Assembly: GCF_028641065.1 (NCBI RefSeq) | Contig: NC_073396.1 | Location: 20,274,001 to 20,338,000, forward strand | Source: Leucoraja erinacea | Lineage: Eukaryota | Reading direction: 5' to 3' | Length of the DNA: 64,000 nucleotides | Shown here: piece by piece, positions 1-10,470 of the stretch | Layout: each line of letters begins with the position of its first letter | Numbering within the stretch: position 1 is the first letter of the stretch | Program-made: the position numbers and the translations under genes | The notes under the pieces: generated by a model | Databases searched by the model: none | Told to the model about the DNA's origin: nothing | What the model saw: the letters and a program-made list of their open reading frames with translations, nothing else

Positions 1-15
1 GGTCAGGACATCAGT

Positions 16-645
16 TCATTTTGTTTTGGCCAAGAGTCTCACTGTGGCAGGGAAGAAGCTCTTAAAAAAGCGTGTTCTGTTTGTGACGATGCTGTCCGCT
101 CGCCTGTGCCTGAGGTTGTATGTGCAGTTTTTGTGTTTGAGCAGGGAGTGAGCTGGATTTAGTATGTCTCTGATGATTCTCTCTGCTCTTTTTTGACAGC
201 GCTGTGTATAGATTGTATCCATGGAGGGGAGTTCCGTTCTGATAATCCTCTCTGCAGTCTTTATGACTCTTTGCAGAGCCTTCCTCTCTGTCTGTGTGGT
301 GTTTCCATACCACACCGTGATGCCTGTGGTGAGGATGCTCTCTATCAGTCCTTTGTAGACCTGGGTGAGAGGGCGACAGTGCAGACCAGCTTTTCTGAGC
401 AGCCTGATGAAGTACAGTCTCTGCTGTGCTTTTTTCACTGTGGCAACAGTGTTCAAAGTCCAGTTCAGATCTGATGTTACTTGTAATCCCAGGTATCTGT
501 AACTGTCAGCCCTCTCCACCACAGTCCCCTTGATGATGAGGGGCTGCAGGGGGGGGTGGATTTTTCCTGAAGTCCATTATTATTTCTCTTGTCTTGTCTG
601 TGTTGAGGCTTAGGTCGTTCACCTCACCATAGGCAAGAATGTCGT
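16..645 (-). mobile_element. Rex1/Babar-type LINE, reverse transcriptase C-terminal fragment
   Basis: ORF 16..522 reads YRYLGLQVTSDLNW...VKKAQQRLYFIRLLRK...IESILTTGITVWYGN...RFFKSFFPATVRLL, the usual Rex1/Babar post-RT region. Confidence 0.85.
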
Positions 646-1225
646 TCACCAGACTCCTGAAAAGCTTTTGTAGCGTGTTAACCAGTCAGCGGAAAGACTA
701 TACATGATTACAATCGAGCCATCCACAGTGTACAGATACATGATAAAGTGTATAACATTTAATGCGAGGTAAAGTCCAACTAAAGATAGTCTGCGGGTCT
801 CCAATGAGGTAGATTGTAGATCAGGACTGCTCGCCAGTTGTTGATAGGATGGTTCAGTTGCCTGATAACAGCTGAAGAAACGGTCCCTGATTCTTGAGGT
901 GTGCGTTTTCAATCATCTCCCCCCATCACCTGCTAGGTGGTTACAAGTGAGAGGAGGATTGCATGGCAGATGGGTGGAGTAAGTGACAAAGGCTAGAGGT
1001 GAAAAGGAGACAAATGGGTGTCGGGTATGGAGAAAAGTGAAATATGAAACTGGGAGAGAGATATGGGAGCATCCCACTTATTTCCCACCTGACCTGAAAT
1101 GGCGTCTTTACATTTCCCTCCACAGATGCTGCCTAACCCGCTGAGTTCCTCCAGCAATTTGTGTTTTGCTCAAGATTCCAGCATCTGCAGTTCCTCATGC
1201 CTTCTGGAGTAGATTCACTTGTTTT

Positions 1226-1590
1226 AGACAATAGATGCACGAGTAGGCCATTCGGCCCTTTGAGCCAGCACCGCCATTTAATGTGATCATGGCTGATCAT
1301 CCACAATCAGTGCCCCCGTTCCTACCCTCTCCCCATATCCCTTGACTCCGCTATCTTTAAGAGCTCTGTCTAGCGCTCTCTCGCGAAAGCATCCAGAGAA
1401 CCAGCCCCCACTGCCCTCTTCTTCTTTTGTGTCGCGTGCACAGCCTAAAGTTGTTGAACAACTTGTTCTATTTGATCTTCCATTTGTGCACGTCGAGTTG
1501 ATTGCATTAGTCGAAACAGGGCGGACCAAGTGAAGGTTGCAATCTTCCACCCCACTGCCCTCTGAGACAGAGAATTTCCCAAATGCAAAA
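1226..1590 (-). mobile_element. CR1 LINE 3' tail, interrupted by a short insertion at about 1420-1549
   Basis: Matches the CR1 3' end repeated at 45860-46065 and 56715-56975. Confidence 0.7.
1420..1549 (-). mobile_element. Short non-autonomous retroelement with (GAA)n tail, Ingi/Vingi-like
   Basis: Flanked by direct repeat CCCCACTGCCCTCT (1406-1419 and 1550-1563); minus-strand 3' end GCTGTGCACGCGACACAAAAGAAGAAGA. Confidence 0.55.
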
Positions 1591-1749
1591 CAAGATACTC
1601 CTTTATCATCACTGTGGGACTGGGGTGACCCTGCATATATTTCTGGCACAGGACGATCAAAGAGGAAGGAAATTATAGATTTTAATAGCTGACAACCAAT
1701 TCATTTGGTAAAATGTCTCAACGAAAACTCAGTCAAAGTACTGAGATAT

Positions 1750-2027
1750 AATTTAGTTTACAGCGCAGGATCAGGCGGTCCACCGAGTTTACGTTGACCA
1801 GTTATACCACTAACACTATCCTACACACAAAGGACAATTTACAGAAGCCAATTAACCTACAAACCTGCACGTCTTTGGGGTGTGGAAGGAAACTGGAGCA
1901 CCGAGAGAAAACCCACGCGATCACAGGGAGAACATACAAGCTTCAGACAGACAGCCCCCATAGTCAGGATTGAACCCGGCACACGGGTAAAGCAGCAACC
2001 AGCAACAACCACTGCGCCACCGTGCTG
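1750..2027 (-). mobile_element. tRNA-derived SINE (HE1/V-SINE type)
   Basis: tRNA-like head GGTGGCGCAGTGG...GGGTTCAATCC and central GTTCTCCCTGTGATCGCGTGGGTTT...TTGTAGGTTAATTGGC; many copies in the window. Confidence 0.8.
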
Positions 2028-2900
2028 CTCTTTGGACACAGAAGAAACTGCGGATGCTGCATTATTTGTGACTGAGATTGTATGGATATTTAAGATTGTT
2101 CCTCACGTGACAATAATAAACCTATATTTAATCATGTAATCACAAGAAACTGCGGACGCCGTTTAACTAAAAAAAAATACACTGTAAGTGTTGGAGTTGG
2201 GTCAGGCAGCATCTCTGGCGAGCATCTCTGACCCGAAACATCACCAGTCCATGTCCTCTAAAGATGCTGATTGACCCGCTGAGTTACCCTAGCACGTTAT
2301 CTTTTTTGTTTGCAAAACCTAATCTCTGCTTTTCTCGGGACCCTAACAATTGCAGTCTCTTATTTCCCCATTAACTCCTCAAGCAAAATAAATGAAGTGT
2401 AATGTGAGATGGTGGAGGGGTGATTAAAACTAGGAGACCGGGAGGGGTGGGGGGGGGGGGATGAGCACAAGGAAGAAGGGGAGAATTAGTTGCACAACGT
2501 TCCCAGTCGATAGTTTGTTTCTTGTTTATATAAAGCTGACTCATCTCCGCCTCCTCCCTGTCACCAACCCTCAGCGGCAAACCATTAATCTCCTGGAGCA
2601 GAATAAATGGATTGCGACAGGGCGAGGGGGGAGCGATGAGCAATTTGCAACGTTATTTACTGCTGCTGCTGCTGCAAACCAAAGGTCGCTGGCTCGCCTG
2701 GTCTGTCTGATTTTAAGGTGGTTTTTCTCTTGCCCACACCTTGGTCAATACCAAAGATCTTTGGTCAATACAAGGGGGACGGTGACACGAGGAGCAAAAA
2801 AACGCAAACTGCAGATGTTTTGGGGGGAGATGCAGCAGATGTGAGTGGGTTGCATTGGTACAGAGCTCTGCTGCTGTCCGCACGCTACCTTAAAACCCTG

Positions 2901-2917
2901 GGGGCGGACTTTGATCC
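2901..2917. promoter_or_regulatory. HNF4-type DR1 site overlapping a GC box, upstream of ANKS4B
   Basis: GGGGCGGACTTTGATCC; reverse complement contains GGATCAAAGTCC. Confidence 0.55.
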
Positions 2918-2959
2918 CCGGGACCGCTCTCCCTCTCTCTCTCTGCGCCAGCTCCAGCC

Positions 2960-3123
2960 ATGGGCGACCGCTATCACAAGGCGGCCCGGGACGGCTACTT
3001 GGGCCCGCTGAAGGAAGCCACCAGAAAGGACCTCAATGGCCCGGACGAGGACGGGATGACTCCCACGCTGTGGGCGGCTTTCCACGGCCACTTGGAGGCT
3101 CTACAGCTGATCTGCAGCCGGGG
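2960..3123 (+). CDS. ANKS4B: ANKS4B coding exon 1 (ankyrin repeat and SAM domain protein 4B)
   Basis: gccATGG start; [55 protein letters not shown]; 164 nt, phase-2 donor GG|GTAAGT. Confidence 0.9.
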
Positions 3124-3329
3124 GTAAGTCCCGGACCCAGGAGAGAGGAGAAAGGGGGCTTCTCTCTCCCCCAGGGGCGGGGGAGTGACGTGGCCACTCC
3201 GGCAGGGAGGGGTCCATGGATAATGCGCTCCTGGGGTAGGTAGATCCCTATGTGTAGGAAGCAACTGCACAAAATGCTGGGGCAACTCGGACCAGGCAGC
3301 ATCTTCAATAAGACTTTATTACCATCCCT

Positions 3330-3975
3330 GGAGAAAAGCACAAAATGCTGGAGTAACTCAAATTGGAGGAACAGCGCCTCGTATTTCGCTTGGGCAGCTT
3401 ACACCCAGCGGTATGAACGTTGATTTCTCTCATTTCAAGTAACTCCTGCATTTCCTTCCCCCCCCCCCCCCCCCATCTCATCTCGACCCCCTCTCCCCAC
3501 ATTAGTCGTCATATCAGTTCCACTGTTCGCATCCTTGTAACCCTCTCGTACCCAGCCAACAATGATGGGCCATTGTGGACTCCATCCTTCCTGGAGTCAT
3601 CTGTTGCCGGCCCTGTTTTGCTCAGGCCTCTTTGTCTTTCATTCCTCCCTTTATTTGACATTCTATTGTTTCCTTTTCACCTCCAGCCATTGTCACTTAC
3701 TCCCCCCACCCAACTGTATCCACCGATCACTTGCCAGGATTTGTCCCTCCCACCTCTCTTTTCCAGCTTTCTCCCCCCTATTGCGGCCTGGACTCTGTGG
3801 GGTGGCGTCTATTTCCACGCTGTATCTTTCAATTAAACTAAACGACTATAATCAGTCTGAGGAAGGATCCCAACCCTCAATATCACTGATCCATGTTCTC
3901 CACAGGTGCTGCCTGAACCGCTTAGTTACTCCAGCACTTTGTGTCTTTTTTGTAAAACAAGCATCTGCCGTTCCT
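3330..3975 (+). mobile_element. Penelope-like element, GIY-YIG C-terminus plus terminal repeat
   Basis: 3360-3442 reads KLEEQRLVFRLGSLH/GMNVDFSHFK* with one frameshift, followed by the pyrimidine-rich UTR and terminal repeat shared with other copies. Confidence 0.7.
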
Positions 3976-4004
3976 TATCTCCGTGATACTTTCATGTACC
4001 CAAG

Positions 4005-4280
4005 CTGGGGAGGGGAGGGGAGGGGGGGTGTACTGAGGGAGAGGAGGTGTGATGGGGGTGTACAGAGGGGGGTGGGATGGAGGTCAAAGGGGAGTGTATG
4101 GGTGTGGACGGGGGGGGGGGGGGGGGGGGTGTACAGAGGTGGAGGATGTCGTGTGGGGGTGTGTGTGGACGGGGGGGTTGTAGAGGGGTGTGGACAGAGG
4201 GGGGTGGGGGGTGTGTGGACAGAGGGGGGTATGTACAGAGGGGTATGGAGGGGGGGGGTGTGGACAGTTGGGAGGGGCTG
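4005..4280 (+). repeat. G-rich degenerate minisatellite (GTGTGGACAGAGGGGG-like units)
   Basis: Repeated GGACAGAGGGG/GTACAGAGGGG units with G runs just before the ANKS4B exon 2 acceptor. Confidence 0.8.
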
Positions 4281-4312
4281 CACTGAACCTGTCACCACGG
4301 TTGCTGTTCCAG

Positions 4313-5336
4313 AGGAGACCCGGACATGTGCGATGTCTGGGGCAACACGTGCCTGCATCACGCCGCCATTAACGGCCACCTCCACATCCTCTCGTTCCTG
4401 GTCAACTTTGGCGCCAACGTGTGGGCCCTGGACGTGGCGAGTCGCTCGGCGCTGGAGGCGGCGGCGGGGAAGGGCCGCATGGAGTGTGTGAGGCTACTGG
4501 ACGGGGCAGTGCTGCGGCAGACGGCCGACAACCCGCGGCTGGCGACGCGGAGGAGGGAGAGGGCGAGGAAGGAGTGCACCAGGCGGGCTCGGGATTGCGA
4601 GCGGCTCCAGAGGAAGCAGCAGGAGCGGATGAACAAGCGGCTGAGCCGGGACGAGGGTGCGGGGGTCATCGCCGGGGCAGCCGAGGGAGACGGAGCCGCA
4701 CCCAGTCTCCCCGGGTCGGGCAGCCTCACCCTCGCCTCCTTGCTGAAGGGATCGCTGCACAAGAAGCTCGGCAAGAAGGGGAGCGCAGGGAAGATTCCGG
4801 GTGGGCGGCCCGGCAGCGATGTCATCTTCGCGGGGCAGGCGGTCGCCGTCTCTCCCGACTCCGGGCCCATCCAGGGCGAAGATCCCGACGACCGGGAATC
4901 GCTCTTCAAACGTCCCGGATTGGGAAACATGCTCTTCAGGCGCAACTTCGGCCCGGGCTTGAGCGAAGAGCTGGATGACATTGGATCCCAGACCCAGCCG
5001 GCTCTCCTGGAGCTGGGAGACAGCGAGGAGGACCAGGAGGTCCTCGGCGAGGAAGAGTTGGACGAGCTGCCCTGGAAAGAGCAGGAGCTGGGACTTGACG
5101 ATGAAGATGTGGAGACCACCCCTCTCGAGGTCTTCCTGGCCGCCCACAACATGAGCGAGTTCCTGCCCTCTCTGGTCCAGGAACACATCGACCTCGATTC
5201 CCTCATGCTCTGCTCCGACGTGGATCTCCGGACCATCCACCTCCCTCTGGGGCCCCGGAAAAAAATACTCTCAGCAGTTGAGAAGAGAAAATTAATTCTG
5301 GAAACTAGCTGCGAGCTGGTGGACACCATGTTGTAA
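4313..5336 (+). CDS. ANKS4B: ANKS4B coding exon 2 (ankyrin repeats, central region, SAM domain, PDZ-binding tail)
   Basis: Acceptor TTCCAG|A in phase with exon 1; GDPDMCDVWGNTCLHHAAINGHLHILSFLVNFGAN, LFKRPGLGNMLFRRN, SAM domain TPLEVFLAAH...HIDLDSLMLCSDVDLRTIHLPLGPRKKIL, C-terminus VDTML*. Confidence 0.92.
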
Positions 5337-5354
5337 GTCTCGGATGTGGAAGCA

Positions 5355-5520
5355 GATAGCTAGTAGAGCTGCTGCATCACGGCGCCAGAGACCCCGGTTT
5401 GGGGACTGTCTGTGCGGAGTTTGCGTGTTCTCTCTGTGATCGCATGGGTTTCCTGTGGGTGCTCGAGTCTCCTCACATATCACAAGTTGTACAGGTCCAT
5501 ACGTTAATTGACCTCTGAAG
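5355..5520 (+). mobile_element. tRNA-derived SINE (HE1/V-SINE type) just after the ANKS4B stop
   Basis: GTAGAGCTGCTGCATCACGGCGCCAGAGACCCCGG...GGAGTTTGCGTGTTCTCTCTGTGATCGCATGGGTTTCC. Confidence 0.7.
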
Positions 5521-6028
5521 ATGCCACAAAGTCACCTATTCCTTTTCTACACAGATGCTACCTGACCCACTGAGTTACTCCAGATCTTTGTGTCTTTTTT
5601 TGTACACCAGCATCTACAGTTTCACTGTGTTTCCACCTATCACTTGCCACCTCCTGCCCCACCCCTTCCCCTCACATCTCCACCATATTTCTCCACTCTA
5701 CTCCATCGCTCCAAAGAAGGGTTCCGACCTGAAACGTCGCCTGTCAATTTGTCTCTACAGATGCTGCCCGACCCTCTTGAGTTGATCCAGCACGTTGTCG
5801 CTCCGGGTTCCGGCATTTACTGCCTCGTGTGTCCCGTCTATATAATACGTGTGATGTCATGTGACTGTTTCCAGATCCCAATTTGCATCTCACTCTGACC
5901 CAGCCTCTGGGACAGAGAGGGGAGGAACCGTCCATTCCCTTACTCCACAGATGCTCAGTGGCCCGCTGGGTTTATCAATTGTTTGTTTTTTTACACATAG
6001 AGCTTGGCTGGACTGGAGACTTGGTTAT

Positions 6029-6901
6029 AGGGAGGTTTCACGGCAGTCGGGTCACGACCCATGACCCGTACTGTTGCTACGCTACTCCAAATGGATTACA
6101 CGCGATGTACTGCAGGTAGGCACTTGCCATTGTTTCCAGCGTAGCGGGCCCGTTAAAACCCGCGAAATTGTCAATTTTTGCGCTGTAAATAATTATGGAA
6201 ACCGGGATAAGCATGAGAGACATTTAGCATACTTCAGAATTCCAAAAGTGAGGAGAAATGACGGCAGATAAAAACGAGAGCTGAAAGGGACAACAACAGC
6301 CAGAGTGCTTGGCGAACATTGGCCGTTTGCTCACTGCATTTCATCAAGTAAGGCATTTGTGTTTTTTCTTGATTTCTTTGGCATCTTAAAAAGTTTCAGA
6401 AGTGATAAATCTGGGTGTTATTTTTTTAAATCGCCCATGGTTCTCGTGGGTTTTTACCTACAAAATGAAAATGCATCTGAAGAAAAATTTACAGCCAGAT
6501 TTATCACTTCTGAGAATTTTTAGATACCAAATGAATCAAGAAAAAACACAAATAATGCCTTACTTGATGAAATTCAGTGAGCAAACGTGATAATTCCCAA
6601 TATTTTCATTGTTTACCAAGCACTTTAGCTGCTGAAGTCCCTTCAGTTCTCGCTTCTCTATACCTTCATTTCGCTTCACGTTTGGAATTGTAAAGTTGGG
6701 TACATGTCTCTCACACTTACCCCGACTCCCACAATTTTTTTCAGCGCACAAATTCAACATTTTGGCGGTTTTTAACAGGTAGGAAAGTACGCGTTTCTAG
6801 CATTAATAACATATACCGGAAGTGACGGAGGTCTTCCAGTTGGTTTTAGCGGCTCCATGCGTTGAGCCCTATGACCCAGTGACCTTCCGTGCAACCCCCC
6901 T
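6029..6901. mobile_element. Non-autonomous DNA transposon, ISL2EU/IS4EU-like, with THAP-like remnants
   Basis: Imperfect TIRs AGGGAGGTTTCACGG / CCGTGCAACCCCCCT, AT on both flanks, and two inverted arms encoding C-A-x-x-x-(C/Y)-G...F-x-I-P peptides. Confidence 0.65.
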
Positions 6902-6924
6902 ATACAGGAGACAGTGTTTTTTTA

Positions 6925-7185
6925 TAGATACAGCACAGAAACAGGCCCTTCGGTCCACCGAATCCACACTGACCAGTGATCCCTATGCACTTGCACTATC
7001 CGACACACTAGGGACAATTTCACCGATGCCAATTAACCTACAAACCTGCACGTCTTTGGAATGTGGAAGAAAACCCACGCGGTCACAGGGTGTACGTGCA
7101 AACTCCATAAAGACAGCACCCGTAGTCGGAATCGAACCTGGATCTGGTGCTGTGAGGCAGCAAATCTACGGTGTGCCACGGTGCT
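6925..7185 (-). mobile_element. tRNA-derived SINE (HE1/V-SINE type)
   Basis: Same head and core as the 1750-2027 copy. Confidence 0.75.
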
Positions 7186-8329
7186 GACCAGTGATGGGCG
7201 AGATATACAAAATTATGAGAAGGGGGATAGTGTCAATGTACAAGTTCAAGTGAGTTTATTGTCACGTGTCCCTGATAGGACAATGAAATTCTTGCTTTGC
7301 TTAGCACACAGAACATAGTAGGCATTTACTATAAAGACAAGGAACTAGTGTGAACACGATCGATGGTCAGCATGGACTCCTTGGGCTGAAGAACCCGTTT
7401 CCATGCTGGAATGAGGAACTGTAGATACTGGTTTACCAAGGAAAGACACAAATTGAATGGCGGTGCTGGCTCGAAGGGCCAAATGGCCTACTCTTGCACC
7501 TATGTCTAATATGATGCAGTAATTCAGTGTGTCAGGTGGCATCTCTGGATGACATGGATAGGTGACATATTGGGTTGCGACCCTTTTTCAGCTGATATAA
7601 TAAATCAAGGTGGAAGGCTTAGAAACATTTGGGGGAAATTTCTCCAGAGAGGGGCTGGAATCTGGAATGCTCTGCCTGAGGGAATGGTGGAGGTCAGTGT
7701 CCACATTTCATGAGCATCTGGACATCTTGAATCACAAAGGCATCGAGGAGTCATGCAGTCACACAGCACGGAAACAGACTCTTCGGCCCAACTCGTCCAT
7801 GCTAGCCAAGATACCCATCCACAATAATCACATTTGTCTGCATTTGGCCCATATCCCTCTAAACATTTCCTATCCATGAACCCGTCCAAGTGTCTTTTAA
7901 ATGTTATAATACCTGCCTCAACTACCTCCTCTGGCAGCTGGTTCATATACCCATTACCCTCTGTGTGAAAAGGTGGCTCCCCAGGTTCCCATTAAATCTT
8001 TCACCCTTCGCCTTAAACCTGTGTCATTGTGTTCTTGGTTCTCATACACTGAATAAAAATGATTTTCTATTCTTGTCTAACGTGATCTGCTATAAATGTC
8101 TGCGTTTAGTTAATCAACTGGTGCCAAGTGTCTGTGATCGTTGATCTTTAGCTGAGAGCAATTCGCTCTTTATGACGTGCTTCAACCAGCCATGAAGTTA
8201 TTTTATATTAATATGTAATTACCCAGAATCAAATCCACTTTCATTAAAAGAGATCTGGTGGCAAGAAATTTGTGAAGTACTCATTTTAAACATTGTGCAT
8301 TGCATCCTGCAACGGTGGTGAACAAATTG

Positions 8330-8860
8330 ATTGATTGAAAAATACAGCATGGAGACAGGCACTTCGGCCCACCGAGTCCACACCAACCATCGATCTCCCA
8401 TTCACACTAGTTCTATGTTATTTTGCTTTCTCATCCACTCCCCACACGTGAGGGGCAATTTACAGCCAATTAACCTACAAACCTACACGTCTTTCGAGGA
8501 AACCCACACGGTCACAGGGAGAACATGCAAACTCCACGCATGCAGCACCCGAGGTCAGGATCGAACCTGGGTTTCTGGCGCTGTGAGGCAGCAGCTCCAC
8601 CTGCTGCACTACCATGTATTTGTTTAGTTTAGAGATACAGCGTGGAAACAAGCCCTTCGGCCCACCGAGTCCACACTGACCATCGATCACCCGTTCACAC
8701 TGGTTCTATGTATCCCACTTTGTCATCCACTCTCTGCACACCATGTAACATGTAAACTGGGAGAACATGCAGACTCCCTACAGACAGCACCCATAGTTAG
8801 GATCAAACTCGTGTCTCTGGTGCCGTGAGGCAGCAGCTCTACCCGCTGCACCACTCTGTC
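8330..8860 (-). mobile_element. Two tandem HE1/V-SINE-type copies
   Basis: Two successive SINE bodies at about 8330-8615 and 8620-8860. Confidence 0.75.
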
Positions 8861-9529
8861 CCTGCAGGAGCATGTGTTGTGCTGGTGATATTTCAGGGTC
8901 TTGGTGAATGAGGAGAGGATTAGGGAAGGGATTCCTGAGTTGGGGAGTGGTGGAACCATGACACGTGCAGGTGAAGGGGATAGTCTATGAACAGGAGGTA
9001 ATTGTAGCATCGAGGATCCGGTGGAGGTTGGGGGCAATTGTGGAACCTCGATGCCAGGCCGGGGGAGTTCAGGAAAAACCGGGGACTTAAACCAGACATA
9101 GCCGGGGTTCCTTCCTTCCCCCTTAGTATCCTGTATTTGTACACAGTGGGTGGCTTGACGATAATCATGTACAGTCTTTCCACTGACAGCATAGCACGCA
9201 ACAAAAAAACTTCTCACTGCCTGACCCGCTTAGTTATTCCAGCATTTTGTGTCTTTCCGCAATATAGATTATTAGCCTTTCATACATTTTAATAGGGTTG
9301 AATGTACACTATATTCTGTACAGTTAATGGATATGATCTGGGATCCATCATGAAAAGAAACATTGTTACATTGCCACCATCCTTCCCCCTCACACACACA
9401 AACATTTGAGTGAAGATGTGTTAGTGACTCAATAGGTTCATTATTGTCACATATGCAGTGAAAAGCTTTGTTTGCATGCTATCCAAACTGATCATAATCA
9501 TGTTTAAGAAAGATGCTGTAAAAATCGAA

Positions 9530-9678
9530 GGTAGACAAAAATGCTGGAGGAATAGGTGATGTTTCGGGTCGAGACTTTTCTTCAGAATGAAGAAGGGTCT
9601 CGACCCGAAACGTCACCTATTCCTTCACTCCATTGATGCTGTCTCACCCGCTGATTTTCTCCAGCATTTTTGCCTACA
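9530..9678. mobile_element. Palindromic Penelope terminal-repeat derivative
   Basis: AATAGGTGATGTTTCGGGTCGAGAC..TTCTTCAG / TGAAGAAGGGTCTCGACCCGAAACGTCACCTATT, with outer arms CAAAAATGCTGGAG / CTCCAGCATTTTTG. Confidence 0.7.
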
Positions 9679-9679
9679 G

Positions 9680-10412
9680 TCATAATCATACTTTATTAGC
9701 CAAGTATGTTTTGCAACAAACAAGGAATTTGATTTGCAGTACAGTCATACCAATAAAAAGCAACGCAACACAATATACATTTTAACATAAACATCCACCA
9801 TAGTGACTCCTCCACATTCCTCACTGTGATGGAAGGTGAAAAAGAAGTTCAATCTCTTCCCTTCTGTGTTCTCCCGCGGTCGGGGGCCTTGAGCCTTCCG
9901 TTGACGGGATGATCTTAACTCCCTTAGCTGGCGACGATTGAGGCCTCGCGTGGGGTGATCAAGATCCTACATTGGGGGGAGGGGGGGAATCTCAGCTCCC
10001 CCTCGCCGAGCGATCTACCCCGGGTGGGGGCTGGTCGAAACCTTCTGTGACTGGAGTTTCCTGACATCGGTCACTACCCGACACTTACTAGCTCATCGAT
10101 GTTGAATCCGCAGTCGATCCCAGGCAAGGGACCGCAGGCTCCAATGGTAAGTCCGCGGTGGGGCTCAAAGTCAGTCTCGGGCAAGGCCGCCAGCTCCATG
10201 ATGTTAGGCCGCAGAGCGACCGGAGATATACGATCCGAAAAACAATCGCATCTCCGGCAAGGTAACGGATTGAAAAAACATTTCCCCCCACCCCCCACAT
10301 ACTTAAACCAGAGAACATTAACACATACTTTTAAAACACATTAAAAATAACAAAACAGATGAAAAAACAGACCATTGACGAGGCTGCCATCGCTGACGGC
10401 GCCACCCGGTGG
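9680..10412 (-). mobile_element. Non-autonomous LINE derivative (Rex/Babar-like 5' and 3' ends)
   Basis: Minus strand starts CCGGGTGGCGCCGTCAGCGATGGCAGCCTCG and ends AATAAAGTATGATTATGA; no long ORF; interrupts an older LINE tail. Confidence 0.5.
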
Positions 10413-10470
10413 TAACACTATACATAAATATAGCCAAGACATACTCGAGTACAACAGGTAGAGCATAGGA

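Noticed and set aside
1960-2027. tRNA gene
   Set aside because: The A/B-box-like head belongs to a SINE and continues into the SINE body; no full cloverleaf.
3562-4491. 309-aa Gly-rich ORF and Pro-rich antisense ORFs
   Set aside because: They run through Penelope sequence and a G-rich minisatellite, out of frame with ANKS4B.
4358-5329. 323-aa and 248-aa antisense ORFs over ANKS4B exon 2
   Set aside because: Shadow ORFs of a GC-rich coding exon with no recognisable domains.
2960-5336. Calling this gene USH1G
   Set aside because: The stop within exon 2, the VDTML tail and linkage to UQCRC2/PDZD9/MOSMO favour ANKS4B.
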